Positions 1 to 12,800 of a DNA stretch of 64,000 nucleotides are shown piece by piece. How positions within the stretch are numbered: position 1 is the stretch's first letter; the number at the start of each line of letters is the position of its first letter. Origin of the DNA: Octopus vulgaris (lineage: Eukaryota). A program made the translations under genes and the position numbers. The notes below the pieces were generated by a model. The model saw only the letters and a program-made list of their open reading frames with translations. It was not told the origin of the DNA and ran no database searches. The stretch covers positions 40,424,001-40,488,000 of the forward strand of contig OX597833.1 of assembly GCA_951406725.2 (NCBI GenBank). Direction: 5' to 3'.

Positions 1-196
1 CCTGGAGCCATGTGCTTATCAAATGAACTTGTCAACAATAAAGGTCACGGATATGAGTTGCAAAACAAAATTAGATATTATTTTGAAAATAATTCATATG
101 AAGAATTATAATCTATTTTTGAAACACCTCATATGTTATTGATATTTAGCTACATGGCTGCCCTTATCAAACAGATATGTGATCATTGGTATTCTA

Positions 197-1548
197 CAAG
201 GGTCAGCTGAAAAGTTCTTAGACTGACCAAGATACTCTTATGGAATGTGATCAAATGAGGTTTATTTTTCAACGTAGTCCTCTTTGCAGTCCACACACTT
301 TTTCCATCAGTGTTGCAGTGCTTGGATCCCATTGGTGAAGAAACGTTATCAACAACAGACATGATGTCATCATCACAGCAATACTGGTTCCAAGCCAAGT
401 ATGTTTTCATGTCGGGGAATAGATGATAGTCAGATGGTGCCAAATCAGAATATGGAGGGTATTCAACTAGTTCGAAGCTACAATCACACACAGCAACCAT
501 TGAAGCCAAGGACTTGTGTGCTGGAGCATTGTCCTGATGAAACAAGACCCCACCCCTTTGTCGGTTTTCCTAGGTGTTTGATCTTGATCGCCTTTCATAA
601 CTGCCTCAACAATTTGACACAGAACTTTCCATTGATGGTATGGCTCTTTTGAAGATAGTCAATAAACACAATGCCTTTTGCATCGTGTTTATACAATAGG
701 ACAAAATTTATATTAATTAATCTCAACCGTAGCAAGGCTCTATAACCTCACTACCTCCTCTTGGTCCAAAAAACAAAACAAAAAACTGAGGCCATCACCT
801 TCCCTGCAGATGAAATGATCTTGACTTCCTTTAGGATAGGCGAGGAGGGGTGTTTCCACTGCATGGACTGTCTCTTTGTCTCTGGTTCAATGTGACGAAA
901 CCAATGCTCATCCTGGGTTAGGAAACGTTCAAGGAAAGCAGCTGAATCTGCATCAACAATGTCAGATGTGATCAGCCTGATGTGCTTTTGATCAGGTGTC
1001 AGAAGACATGGCACCCACCAAGCAGAAACCTTCATCATGAGAAGTTGATTGTGCAAAATATTCTCAAATCTCTCATGGGATATGCTAATAGCATTAGTTA
1101 TTTGATTTATTGTCAATCACCTGTAATCCATTGCCATGTGATGAATTGATGAATGTTTTCCTTGGTGGTGTCAGTTGCAGGACATCCAGATGTTCGGTCA
1201 TCTTCAAAACTCTCACTTCCCCCCCTAATTTCAGCTGCCCACGTTCGCATTGTTGATAAAGCTGGAGTGTCATCCCCTAATGTAGGAACTATGTCAGAAT
1301 GAATGTCCTTGGCAGGGCTAAACCCTTTTTCTGCAGGTACTTGATAAGACAATGATACCAAATTTTGTCCATTTAAAGAGAAGTTGCAATCAGTTACTTT
1401 TGAAGTCTTCTTTGAACAGTCAGATGTCAGTTTGCTTGGAAAGCAATAATGCAGTTATTGATAAGAAGTGTTGACACTAATGTATGCAAGATTTCACAGC
1501 TCTAGCACCACTCCATTGTCAGCCTATGAACTTTTCAGCCCACTCTCG
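197..1548 (-). mobile_element. Near full-length degenerate mariner transposon
   Basis: About 30-bp imperfect TIRs with TA at both ends; frameshifted transposase pieces with WVP, QDEHW..HIEPETKRQS, HQDNAPAH and YSDLAPSDYHLF motifs. Confidence 0.92.
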
Positions 1549-1753
1549 TAGTCATGATCAATCCATCCTTTTCTTGAGCATTATGTATCCATGATTACAT
1601 CTTCCAATATATTTGACTCTTTTCAAAATAAAGTATAATTTGAGGAATATTCGGTCGATACTTCTTTCATGAATTAACTTACTGCTTTTAAGTTCTGTCA
1701 AAAAATTTAAGGATTGACATTCTTTGAACTGCTTAGATCTTAATAACAAGTAA

Positions 1754-2104
1754 TCTCTATATACATAAACGGCAAAATGTCTGCATGTGTGTCCTTCATA
1801 GAAATCCACAATTTTTCAGTTAGAGGGCTCGCACTTTCTATGGTCATTCAAAACCGTCCAAGGGTGGTCGTGCACATCTTTACATTTCCCCAGTCACCCC
1901 TCAAAGCCATTAAAAAATCAATAGAAGTGATTTTTGGTGAATTTTTTTCAAAAATGCCCGAAACTTGATACGCCAATTGAATGCCAGCTAGCTGTATGTG
2001 ATTGGTCGGAGATTTGGACAGTACTCGCGTGTATGTGTGCATGCACGCAGCTGTATATGCATGCACTAGCACCATGACCCGGCAACGCCAGGTCATAGTG
2101 CTAG
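1754..2104 (+). mobile_element. Non-autonomous Helitron-like element
   Basis: A|TC start, CTAG|T end, 19-bp terminal hairpin (2065-2105), no TSD. Confidence 0.65.
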
Positions 2105-2550
2105 TATAGTATAAAAAGAGATGTCAGGTGAAAGGAGTATTCATTTACAGAAAAGTTGTAGGGTTGGTTAAAACAAGAATGTATACATACATATACACTG
2201 CAGAATAAAGTAGATACTCTTAAATCAATAGAAAGCATTAGTGACAATTGATTTCTTTTGAAATAAATCAGTCGAGATTAACTTAAACTGACTTAAGGAC
2301 AAATGTTCTTTGATCAACAACATCTTGGTGAATGTGGAACTAAATAAAGCTCACTCTGTATTTCAAAAGATCAGAAATGTTAATTTAAGTTCATTATCAT
2401 CGTTTTAAAGCCCTCTTATCATGCTTGCATACATTAGATGGAGTTTATTGAGGCAGATATTCTCAGCCAGATGCCCTTCCTGTATCTAACCCTCACACAT
2501 TTCCCAGCCATGCAATATTTCCCCATGGCCAGAAATGTTTTTGCATTTAA

Positions 2551-2780
2551 GGCGGCGAGCTGGTAGAAACATTAGCATGCCGGGCAAAATGCTTAGCGGT
2601 ATTTCGTCTGCCACTACCTTCTGAGTTCAAATTCCGCTGAGGTCAACTTTACCTCTCATCCTTTTGGGTTCATTAAATAAGTACCAGTTATGCACTGGGG
2701 TCGATATAATCGACATAATCCATTTGTCTGTCCTTGTTTGTCCTCTCTGTATGTAGCCCCTTGTGGGCAGTAAAGAAATA
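2551..2780 (+). mobile_element. tRNA-derived SINE family A, monomer
   Basis: A-box-like TGGTAGAAAC, B box GAGTTCAAATTC; 15-bp TSD AGAAATGTTTTTGCA (2531-2545 / 2781-2795). Confidence 0.9.
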
Positions 2781-2959
2781 AGAAATGTTTTTGCAGAATT
2801 ATGAAGGAGAATGAGGCTGCATGTTTGACAGTGACACTCATTTACACCTATCACACAGTGTCAATACACACTCACACATTTATAAATTAGGATAGCTAAT
2901 AAACTTGAGGAGAGATATGAAATAAGAGCTGATACAGAGAATTAGTAAGATCTACTTGT

Positions 2960-3610
2960 CAGAACAACGCTAAAAAAATCGACCAGTTCATAGAAAAGAT
3001 ATGTTCTGTTGTGAACATCTGCTGCCTTCTGGACATTATGACGTTAGAAAGATACAAGAGAAAGAGGACATCCATGGACTATTGTTGAGGAGCTTGCAAA
3101 TCCAGTACCCAAGATACACCTTCAGCTTCATACTTATTATTATTAGAGCAACAGGATACATACCAACCCATCTGGACCAATTTTTTTATTTATGCGCCCT
3201 TTTCAAGCCTAGCCAGGCTCATGGGCCCAGTTTCCTGGTTTCTGTAGCATATGTGTTCCCCTCAGCTGGACGGGACGCCAGTCCATCACAACATTAGTCA
3301 AGAAACAGGAAGTAAAAGTGAAAGTTGGAGCAAAAGAGTACAACAGGGGTCACCACCAGCCCCGTGGAGCTTTAGGTGTTTTCGCTCAATAAACACACAC
3401 AACGCCCAGTCTGGGAATCGAAACTGCAATCCTCCGACCATGAGTCCACTGCCCTAACCACTGGGCCATTGTGCCTCCACCATCTGGACCAAAGTATGGT
3501 TGAATTTGGGATCTTGAGGAAGAGAATGCAAATCCTTAATTCATATGCTACAAATGATCGTGATATCTGAGACTATAGATGTCTGCAAGACTTTCTTAAG
3601 ATTTAAAAGA
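2960..3610 (+). mobile_element. 3' fragment of a REL-endonuclease non-LTR retrotransposon (R4/Dong/HERO-like), interrupted by a SINE
   Basis: Frameshifted KICSVV...RKIQEKEDIHGLLLRSLQIQYPRYTFSFILIIIRATGYIP...VCKTFLRF resembles the C-terminal restriction-like endonuclease of these elements. Confidence 0.6.
3181..3479 (-). mobile_element. tRNA-derived SINE family C (tail type 1)
   Basis: TGGCCCAGTGGTTAG A box, TTCGATTCC B box; 13-bp TSD CCATCTGGACCAA; sibling copy at 16138-16445. Confidence 0.88.
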
Positions 3611-3733
3611 TGATAGTCAAAAGAAAATACTTACTTCACAATCTTGTTACCAAGTAGGTGGCTGGTCAAAATTTACTCTAAAATTAGAAAAAGAACATAC
3701 ACACACACATGAGTGCAAAACTTTCAGCTTCTC

Positions 3734-4210
3734 ATCATCATCATCATTATCATCATCATTTAACGTCCGCTTTTCATGCTAGCATGGGTTGTATGATTTG
3801 ACTGAGGACTGGTGAACCAGATGGATGCACCAGGCTCTAATCTGATCTGGCAGAGTTTCTACAGCTTGAAGCCCTTCCTAATACCAATCACTGTGAGAGT
3901 GTAGTGGGTGCTTTTACATGTCACTGGCACGAGGGCCTGTCTGGCGGTACTGGCAACGGCCATGCTCAAATGGTGTTTTTTATGTGCCACCTGCATAGAA
4001 GTCAGTCCAGCGGCACTGGCAACGACCTTGCTCGAATATTTTGTTTACATGCCACCGGCACAAGTGCCAGTAAAGCGATGCTGGTAACGATCATGCACAA
4101 ATGGTGCTTTTTACGTGCCACCGGCACGGAAGCCATACAGCTGCACTGGCAGTAATCCTGCTCGGATGGAGCTGTTAGCACTCCACTGGCATGGGTGCCA
4201 GTCATCGAAT
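3734..4210 (-). mobile_element. RTE-associated 3'UTR fragment with internal ~60-bp repeats and an (ATG)n tail
   Basis: Matches the sequence 3' of the RTE ORF at 23820-24240; other copies near 27495, 30055, 37640, 57486, 60090 and 61353. Confidence 0.8.
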
Positions 4211-4658
4211 TAGGTTCAATTTTGATACATTAAAATAAAATAAAATCATTGATAAATAATACTTAACATTGGTTTTAGAATATTTAGCTCCACTGTGGTA
4301 AATATATTTTTATCTTTTTTGGGGGGTCTGACTACTCCCATGACATCTGTTATATGTTATTTATGCAACGAAATGCAAGTTTCTTGGTTGTCTCTCAGGA
4401 ACCACTGACAACATATTCTCCTTTTCACCCAGCAATTTACTTTCCATTCTAATAATATGCTGAAACATTTGCAGTCACATTTCTAGCACACTTCGATTCT
4501 CTCATCCCTCTTGTGCACCACCTTTCACATAAAGTTACCATTATATATCCAACAAATTACATTCATCTCATCCCCTCCCAGGTTCAGCAAATCTTTCCTA
4601 TTCAAAAGCCTGTCTTTTATTTCTCCATAGTATCACACTCCTCACACATATTTTATAT

Positions 4659-5004
4659 AGGCGCAGTAGTGGCTGTGGTAAGTACTTGATTTTGGGTTCA
4701 GTCCCACTGTGTGGCACCTTGGGCAAGTGTCTTTTACTATAGCCTCAGGTCAACCAAAGCCTTGTGAGTGGATTTGGCAAGCAGAAACTGAAAGAAGCCC
4801 GTCGTTATATATATATATGTGTATGTGTGTGTTTGTCTCCCGCAACATTGCTTGACAACCGATGCTGGTGTGTATACGTCCCCATAAAGAGACCAATAGA
4901 ATAAGTACTAGGCTTACAAAGAATAAGTCCTGGGGTCGATTTGCTTGACTAAAGGCGGTGCTCCAGCATGGTCGTAGTCAAAATGACTGAAACAAGTAAA
5001 AGAG
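4659..5004 (+). mobile_element. CORE-like tRNA SINE family B with an internal (TA)n(TG)n microsatellite
   Basis: GGGTTCAGTCCC B box, GCACCTTGGGCAAGT core-like motif; copies near 18909, 26220, 34806, 39799, 58294(-) and 61890. Confidence 0.85.
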
Positions 5005-8000
5005 TCTGTCTTCGTGTTAAGGGCAGAAATCATTTGTTACCATGGTTATAAACCACATAAACCACAAACTTTAGCTCAGAATGCAAACCAACTCTAGAGC
5101 CAACCAGAGGTACTTTTTAGTTCATTGCAATCAACAGAACAATAGTCATGCTAGAATAGTGCATTCAGCATCAACTATTCCATTTTGTTGATGTCTTTCT
5201 GCTTTGTGTTCTGAGCTCATAAGTTACTGAAGTTGTAGAGGCTGTTCTACTCCAGTTTAACATACTCTGAAAATAGTTGGTTTGATGCATTAAAAAATAT
5301 TTTAGGTAAGTTTTTTTTTAATTCTTTAGTTACTTGGTAAAAAAAGTGAAATAATTGTGGGTCTTGTAACATCATGATGTTGTAATATAGTGACTGTGTA
5401 CAGGTATGAGAAGGAAGTTTGGTAATTATACATTGTTTACAATCAACAGTTTCTTCTTTCAGCTAAATATTTACAATATTTGATGATTTACAACATGATG
5501 TTTCAGTCGGGTTGATCGCCAATCATTTCCAGATTAAATATTACTGAATATGTACATGGTTTCAAATTGGATTCAAACACTATTTTCATGGGTAAGGATA
5601 TCGCAAACTATTCCTTCTGTAGAAAGAAAATTTCTCCTTTCAAATCCAGTCTGGAACTACATACATACATACATACATACACATTCACGCACACACACAC
5701 ACACACACTGATCTCTCTTTGTCATGTCAGCTGAGTAAAATTTGCTTGCTTGTGGAGCTCTAAGACTAAAGTATCTTTATTGCTTTCACCAGCTAGCTTT
5801 AAAAACCAGAACCAATCCAATGGCATTGTCAAAAGTGCTTAAACGTTTCTACTAAAGGTTTTTCAAATCCTTATATTACATATACGATACATGTATTTAG
5901 TATGTAGAACTATTGCTAATTGTTTCAATAATCCCAGATAGATTAAAAGGCAAAGTCGGCCTAAGTTGAAACAAATGTTGTTCAACTGAAAAATATATTT
6001 GATGAATATTTTCACGTATTACTCGAAAACAAATTGATTGCTGCATGAAGTTACTTTTTTGGTTCACTTACTTTTTATCCGTCCAGTAATGATGCTTCAA
6101 TAAACTCTATAACTTCCGGCAATTCAAGTTAAAGAGAGAGACTCTGTGGTCGTTTGACCTGCTGCAAATAATAGGTAAATCATTTTTGAAACCACACCCT
6201 GCTGTCTTAAACAAGGAAAGTTGGTGTAGTCACAGCTGGAATGCTATCGATCACATGTCTGCTCGGTCAGGCTTGACTTTTGGCTAACCAACAACAAATA
6301 CTACAACTCTATCTCTTCCTTGTGCCCAAAGCCTAGAGCTGTGGAGTTGAAGAATCGAGTATCAGTAAAAATGGATTTTGGTAGTTAATTATGCCCAAAG
6401 AGATAAAATTATAATACTGAAGTTCTGAGTTGAAATCTAACCAATGTCGAATTTTTTCGTTTCATTCCTCAAAGTTCAATAAAAATATAGTACACGGATC
6501 GATTTAATAGACTACGCCCCAAATCGTGGGGCATTAAATATGTTTTAGAAATCATTATTTGTGTAATGTTCTTCCGCGGTCAATAAAGTACCGATCAAGG
6601 GATGAGACTGGTTCAGTCTATTAGCCTCCCACCATCAAATTCACGGCCTTAAACCTGTGTTAGAAATTATCATTATTAGAATGATATAGGGCGGTGGATT
6701 AGCAGAATCATTGGAGCATGACATTGAATCCGTATTTTTATAGTCTGAGTTCAAATCCTTTCGGGGCCACATTTTGCCTTTCGTCCTTTTGGGTGTGATA
6801 AAAAAAAGTCCCAGTCAAGTACGGGGATCAATATACTCCACTAACCCCTTAAAATTAATGGCTTTTGCACCTAAATTAAAAACAATTAGTTCAATAGAAA
6901 ATGAGTGAGCGTAGGGCATCAGCAATGACATTTTTCAGAAGACACCAAAACAGATTTTAAAGGTCACAGCTCCACATTCAGGCCGTCCTTAAGTTTTTAA
7001 CAATAAGGAATAATACGCACTCGATTGAATGTCAAATATATTTTATCCAAAATTAAAAAAAAAAAATTTTACCTCCTAGTCTACGAACCCTAAATACATT
7101 ACCATTAAGAAAAATATATTTCTTGGGTAAGTGTCTATGGTAATTGTTGTCGAAGTTATAAGCAACATATCTGAAGATTTAAGGTTCTGTGTTTGTAGAA
7201 AAAGAAATAAAAAGAAACATTCTCAACATTTTACCATTGCGACCCATTTGGAATATAAATAATCCCTTGACACCCTTTAAAAAATATTTACATAAACGAT
7301 TTCCAAATCTTTTTTTTTAAATCACAGTACTTTTCTTGGGGGAAATATTCACTTTTTGTTTACAGTAAATTCAAACAAATGCCTTTGGTTTATTGTATTT
7401 GACATTTCTTGTCTTTTTTTCTTTCTTTACATTTTACCAAATATTTTGTAAGTAAAAGACTGTCTACTGAAGTTGATCAAAGTCAAGTCCGGAGTCATTT
7501 AGCAATTAGAGAAATAGAAAATTATTTAATAGCCTGACACTTGTTAATTTCTGAAGTATTTTGACAACTTAGCTAGCATACATTTTTTAAAATTGGTTTC
7601 TTCACCCGATGATATATTTGTGTTGTAGACTAGAATAAAACCAAATCAACATAAAAACCAGTTACGTTTCACACACACGCAAGTGCCTCTATATGGTTGC
7701 TCAAACTGCTAGAGACAGCAGTAAAAAAGTCTTCCTGCCGTTTGAAAATATGAAGACCACTTTGAATACAAAATCGTTGAAAGTAATGATGGAATAAACA
7801 CGAATGGAATGCTTTTGATTGTATGTATGCTGGATCAGTGTTGATCAATAATAGTAACCTTCACATTTCTCAACATCATTACATTCGTTATCGAGAGACG
7901 AAAGAGAATTAGAGAAAGTAATTACATGCCAGGAAAACAAACAAATCATGGTAGGAGGTAGATATACCAGTAATTCCGTATCGACCAGCATGAATATACC

Positions 8001-8879
8001 TATGATGATCAGATGCGTTCCAGCCGTGACCACCCAGTGTCTTTATTAATTAATTTATTTATTTTTCAGAAACTGTACGAGAACTTGTGTCTCAAAATCT
8101 AGGCGGCTTACGGCCAAAGGGTATAATGAATTTGACACCATCACAGCCTGTAAATAGGGGGCTCACAAATTAAGTAGCTTCTGTTCATCTAAATCCGACA
8201 CTGATAAGGACCACGTTATCTAATGTGTCCTTCCTTTGATAATACAGTAGGGTATGCTTAGAAGGAGATTTGCTTGCTTTTTCTAGCAAGCTCGGCTATA
8301 GACTTCCTTGTTGGCTTGAACTTGAGTAGTAAGTAAGGATTGTCACAAAAGTTTGTACACAATGCTGGTCTGGCTGTATTAGTAAGAATCGGATTGGTAA
8401 TAAATAGTGTATGTCGTGGACCACAAAATCAAAAAGTTACTAAGGTTTTGGACTGATCCCTTCCCCAGTAAAAAAGGGGGGGAGGGTGAAGAAAACGGCC
8501 GGTTCAACAGTGTTTTAGAATCACTCTATCAAGTGACTACCGATTTCAAGATTTTGGATTTAAAACCATGTGGTTCCTGCAAAAGAACCTTTGAGGGATA
8601 TATATGGCTGCTACATATGAGGCATGTCGGAGTGAAGAGGTTGAAGTTGCCTCGTAAAAAGGAAGAGAAGGCTTGGATTATTAATGAAAACACCCAAGAG
8701 GAAAGATATATTCCCATACTCTCTAAATACGCATGCATATTTATATAAGCATTCTCACACACATACTAGTATACTTCTGAAGAAATACATATACACAGAC
8801 ATTAGGAGAGGTAAGAAAATATGAATGAAAGAAAATGAGTAGCAGCAGCAGGAGACAGAAGAATGAGAGAAGTACGGAG

Positions 8880-8990
8880 TGAGTGGTTTTCTCGTTGTCT
8901 GCTTAGCCTTCTTTTTCCTCTACGCTTCTCTCTATCTCATTTACGTTTACTATTTCAACTTCTCCTTCACCTCTTGCTCTTTCTTCAAAG
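8880..8990 (+). other. Candidate non-coding 5'UTR exon of paralog A (start approximate)
   Basis: Strong AAG|GTAAGT donor at 8990/8991 and a CTTTCGCCTGCAG acceptor ending at 9680, 6 nt before the ATG. Confidence 0.4.
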
Positions 8991-9686
8991 GTAAGTATGA
9001 ATGAAAGAAAGAGGGGGAGAACCGGCGGTAATAATAGAAAGAAAGATGAGTTAAAAAATAACAAAAAAGAGGAGGAGATGGAGGAGCATGAGATAAAGAG
9101 TGTGATAGGGAGAGAGAAAAAGAAAGAAAGCGGAATTATGACAGCAGAGAAGAGGAAGAAGAACGATAACGACGAGAAAAAAGTAGTGTAAAAAGGGAGG
9201 AATATGTGTGAGAGAAAAATGAAAGGAAGAAAGGCAAACAAAAGGTGACAAAACTTAAAAATCACTGGAGTGGGAACGAAGGGGAGATGACGTACGAGGA
9301 GGAGGAAGAGTGAAAAAAGCAATTATAAGTAAAAGAAGGAGGGAATAAAATAAAAGAGTAAGAGTGAAAGAAAGAATGAGAGCAGGAAAGGAAAACAAAA
9401 AGTGAGAGAGAGAGGTGATAATGGGAGGGAGGATGAAGGCGAAATGAAAGACAACAACGGCTGGGAAAAGAAAGAGAAGAAAAGATGGAGGAATAAGTAA
9501 AAGGAAAAAGAAATAAGAAGCAAATAAAGAAAAGTGAGGGTTAAGAGAAGAAGCAAAAAATTGCAACAGCTCATATTATTGAAAGAAAAAAAAAAGGTAG
9601 GGACGAAAACGAGATAAAGAGGATCTACCCAGCGTACTGTGCGCCGACAACCCAATTTATCGTGGTGCTTTCGCCTGCAGTTACAC

Positions 9687-9806
9687 ATGATGGCTAGTGC
9701 AGAACAAACACCACCTAGCAGGCACGAGAAAAGTCTCGGTCTTCTTACCTCGAAGTTTGTGTCTCTGTTGCAAGACACTGAAGATGGAGTACTTGACCTA
9801 AGAGTG
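9687..9806 (+). CDS. E2F4/5: E2F4/5-like paralog A, coding exon 1 ([40 protein letters not shown])
   Basis: Hand translation gives the start of the E2F winged-helix DNA-binding domain ([17 protein letters not shown]...DGVLDL); 120 nt, followed by a GTAAGT donor at 9807, phase 0. Confidence 0.95.
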
Positions 9807-12800
9807 GTAAGTTAAACGTATAGGCAAACAAAAACCAAAATGCAAAAAAAAAAAAAGATAAAAAAAAGCAGCTTGTTACCTTTTTTTTTTTTTTATGTAT
9901 GCCATGGAATTTTGACAACTTTTTCTGCTGTGCAGTTTAACTCATTTTCATCGCTTCGCCACTTGGTTAGATGCTTATATATAAATATACACGTATATAT
10001 AAGTACCAAAATGTTTATCACTCTTTACCAAATAACGAAGCCTCAAAAATAAACAGAAATACGATATAATATCTGAATCTTATAGGGTACGTAAAGGTAA
10101 CAAGTGCTTTCCTGTTTCCCAAAAATAAGCAAAGAAGAATCCAGGTCCGCAAAATCATTCTATGTCCTTTATAAATCCACGTTGATTGTTATCGGGTCTT
10201 CTGCCGAAGGCAATTCTTTTAGTTTTATTTGTTTATTGATATTTTCGACCGCATTATTGGACGTTTTGGAACCCTAAGTAGAGCATAGTTGCTCGACCTG
10301 CTAAATATAGTAGTCAAATTTCCCTCATATTACATTTTAAGGAAGGATACTTTAGTTAATGTAGTCATATCTCTGATTTTAAAAAATGACGGAATGTCAC
10401 GGCTGGAACGCCCTCGAGCATAGTTTTGCTGGTCAGGGCTAAACAGTCGACCAGTTTTTGATTGACAGAAATTAAAAAAAGCTTTGATTTCTTTCTTTTT
10501 TTATCCTTTTGTCTCTACTCTTTCATATCTTTCTATCTCTTTAACTTGTGTCAGACGGTGGAGTGTGATTTGAGAGATTTTGATTGCCTTTTCTTACACT
10601 TCCTATGAGTTAAGCGTAGATTTTTCAGCTACGAAATCTAAAATAAGTTAGAGCGCATTTGAAATTACAGTGTTGAGTAGAACATTTAATATCGAACAAT
10701 TGTTGATTTAATTCAAGTAAAAAAATAAAAAAGCTCTTCCTCTATAACCAATAAGAGAAACCCTGTGTGGACGCTCGACCTACTAGAGAAAACAGCCAAG
10801 TCGCCACCAATTCACATTGCACGGTCCTAAAAATTAAGAACACATTAGGTAATGTAGTCCTAGATGACGGTAATCGCCGATACTTCCTCCAAAAGGACGG
10901 GATGGTCATGTTTGGAATAATCAAAGGCCTACTTGATGAGAATTGGTCTTGAGTTGAAAAATTTAGGCGATATTGGAGTATAACGTACCGTTCCACTTTT
11001 CGTATAAACTTTTACCTTTTCTTTCAATTTTATAAATAAATGAATGAATATCAATAATAACGATGCTGTAACAACAAAATTTTAACCCCCCCCCCAAAAA
11101 AAAAGCAAGGGGTTTTAGGTCAGTGCTCGACTAGCACAAGGCTCTTAAATGTAATTCCAGTATAAATCAAATTACTTTGATATTAGGGAACACTAGTATC
11201 CGTTTAACAAAATGAATAAACAATTACAGAACACAATCAGACAAAACTAATGATAATGATAATGGTCGGAGGAAACACCAGCAAATATGAAAAATTAATA
11301 TCCTTAAGGAAAGCGAAAACGGCACGTTATGATCACCCAGAATTTAAGCCCTGTCTATGGTGTGTGTGAGAAGTACAGTAAGGGTACGATAGTCAACTTA
11401 GTAGTATTTTGTTTTTCGCTATCTTCGAGTATTTATATCCTTATATATTAAGGCTGTAGTCGTTTGCTCTCCCTAGCCCTTGTTCTCTCGTAGCCCTTCC
11501 TTGCTCTCGATTTAATCTTTTTATTTCATACACGTGTTCCCTTTTCACAATCTAATTTCTTTTTTCGACCGGCACTTTTTTACGTATCCTATTTGATTAA
11601 CTTTTGCAGTATGTTTTTTTTTCTCTCTCTTAACTTCCGCTGTTTCATTACTTAATACTATATATGATAAATGTGTTTTTCATATATATACATATAGGTT
11701 AACTTTCTTCTTTCTTCTGCACATCATTATCACTAAGTGGTGAAATGGAGTAATCCTTGCTGAAAAAGTATAAAGAGGGTGCTCTAACGTGAAGTATCTT
11801 TCGTCACGTGAACCTTGGGAGTATGTATTGCTAGATCATTATTAGAACATCGGACAAAATGTCTGCTGTTTTTAATTATAGCCCTTCAAGTTCTGAGTTC
11901 AAATCCCACTGAGGTCAATTTTAGTCTTCCTCTTTTGTATGTATGTGTGTGTTGGGGGTCGATAAAATAAGTACCAGACAAATACTAATGTCAAATTAAT
12001 CAACTGCAGCAACTCCCTCCACAATTTTGGTCTTGTACCTATGAAAAAAATATCATTATTGATATTCTTCTGTTCGCTAAACTGAAAAGAAAGCTAGTTT
12101 CTGTTAGTGAAAACGGCATCTACGATCTCGCCTTCTCTAATACTCAAGTCAACAAACTATAACTATTTATTTGGAACTATTGTGTACACTCGTTGTGAGA
12201 TTCTTTGTTAGAGCTACAATAAAAATCCAATTGCCTCTTTGCTTAATTATTTTTGCACTTCTCCTTGGTCCCAACAGCTCTGTCAACTTAGGATTATGAC
12301 CAAAAAAAGTAACTGGAAATAGAATGATAAAACACAAACATTTAAATAAACAAATAAAGGAACCCTTGGTACTGAGTTCGTTTGACATCTCGGTCAGCAT
12401 GTGGTTGTATTGGAGAAATGAGTGCTTCCACCCCTCTTCCCTCCCTCCCTCTTCCCTCCCTCCCTCTCCTACGACTGCTTTGAATATAAAATAAAAATAA
12501 AAACTCGCACCAGCACAAGTCCTTGCTCTGTTTCTTCTACTCTTTAACTCCATTCATTCTATATTTTCCTTTTTTTTCTTTTCTTTTCCTCGCCCTATTT
12601 TGATATTCTTTTATTTTCTCTCTCTCTCTCTCACAAACTTTCTATACCTTACTTTTTATTTTGCTCTAAGCTTCGTCTTTTACACTATCTTCTACACCAC
12701 TCTTGTCACATAACTATTCGTTCTTTCTTTCACTCCATCTGAAACTTTCATTCATTCCTTTTTTGATTCTCTGAGTCTATCTCGAAGTGGGTCTTTTTTT

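Noticed and set aside
3900-4210. Repeat-spacer-like pattern resembling a CRISPR array (also near 23900 and 60090)
   Set aside because: The intervening parts are homologous to one another, the context is a eukaryotic retroelement, and no cas genes are present
8903-9778. Long Phe/Leu/Ser-rich minus-strand ORFs
   Set aside because: Low-complexity translation of the purine tract; the same applies to 39183-39650
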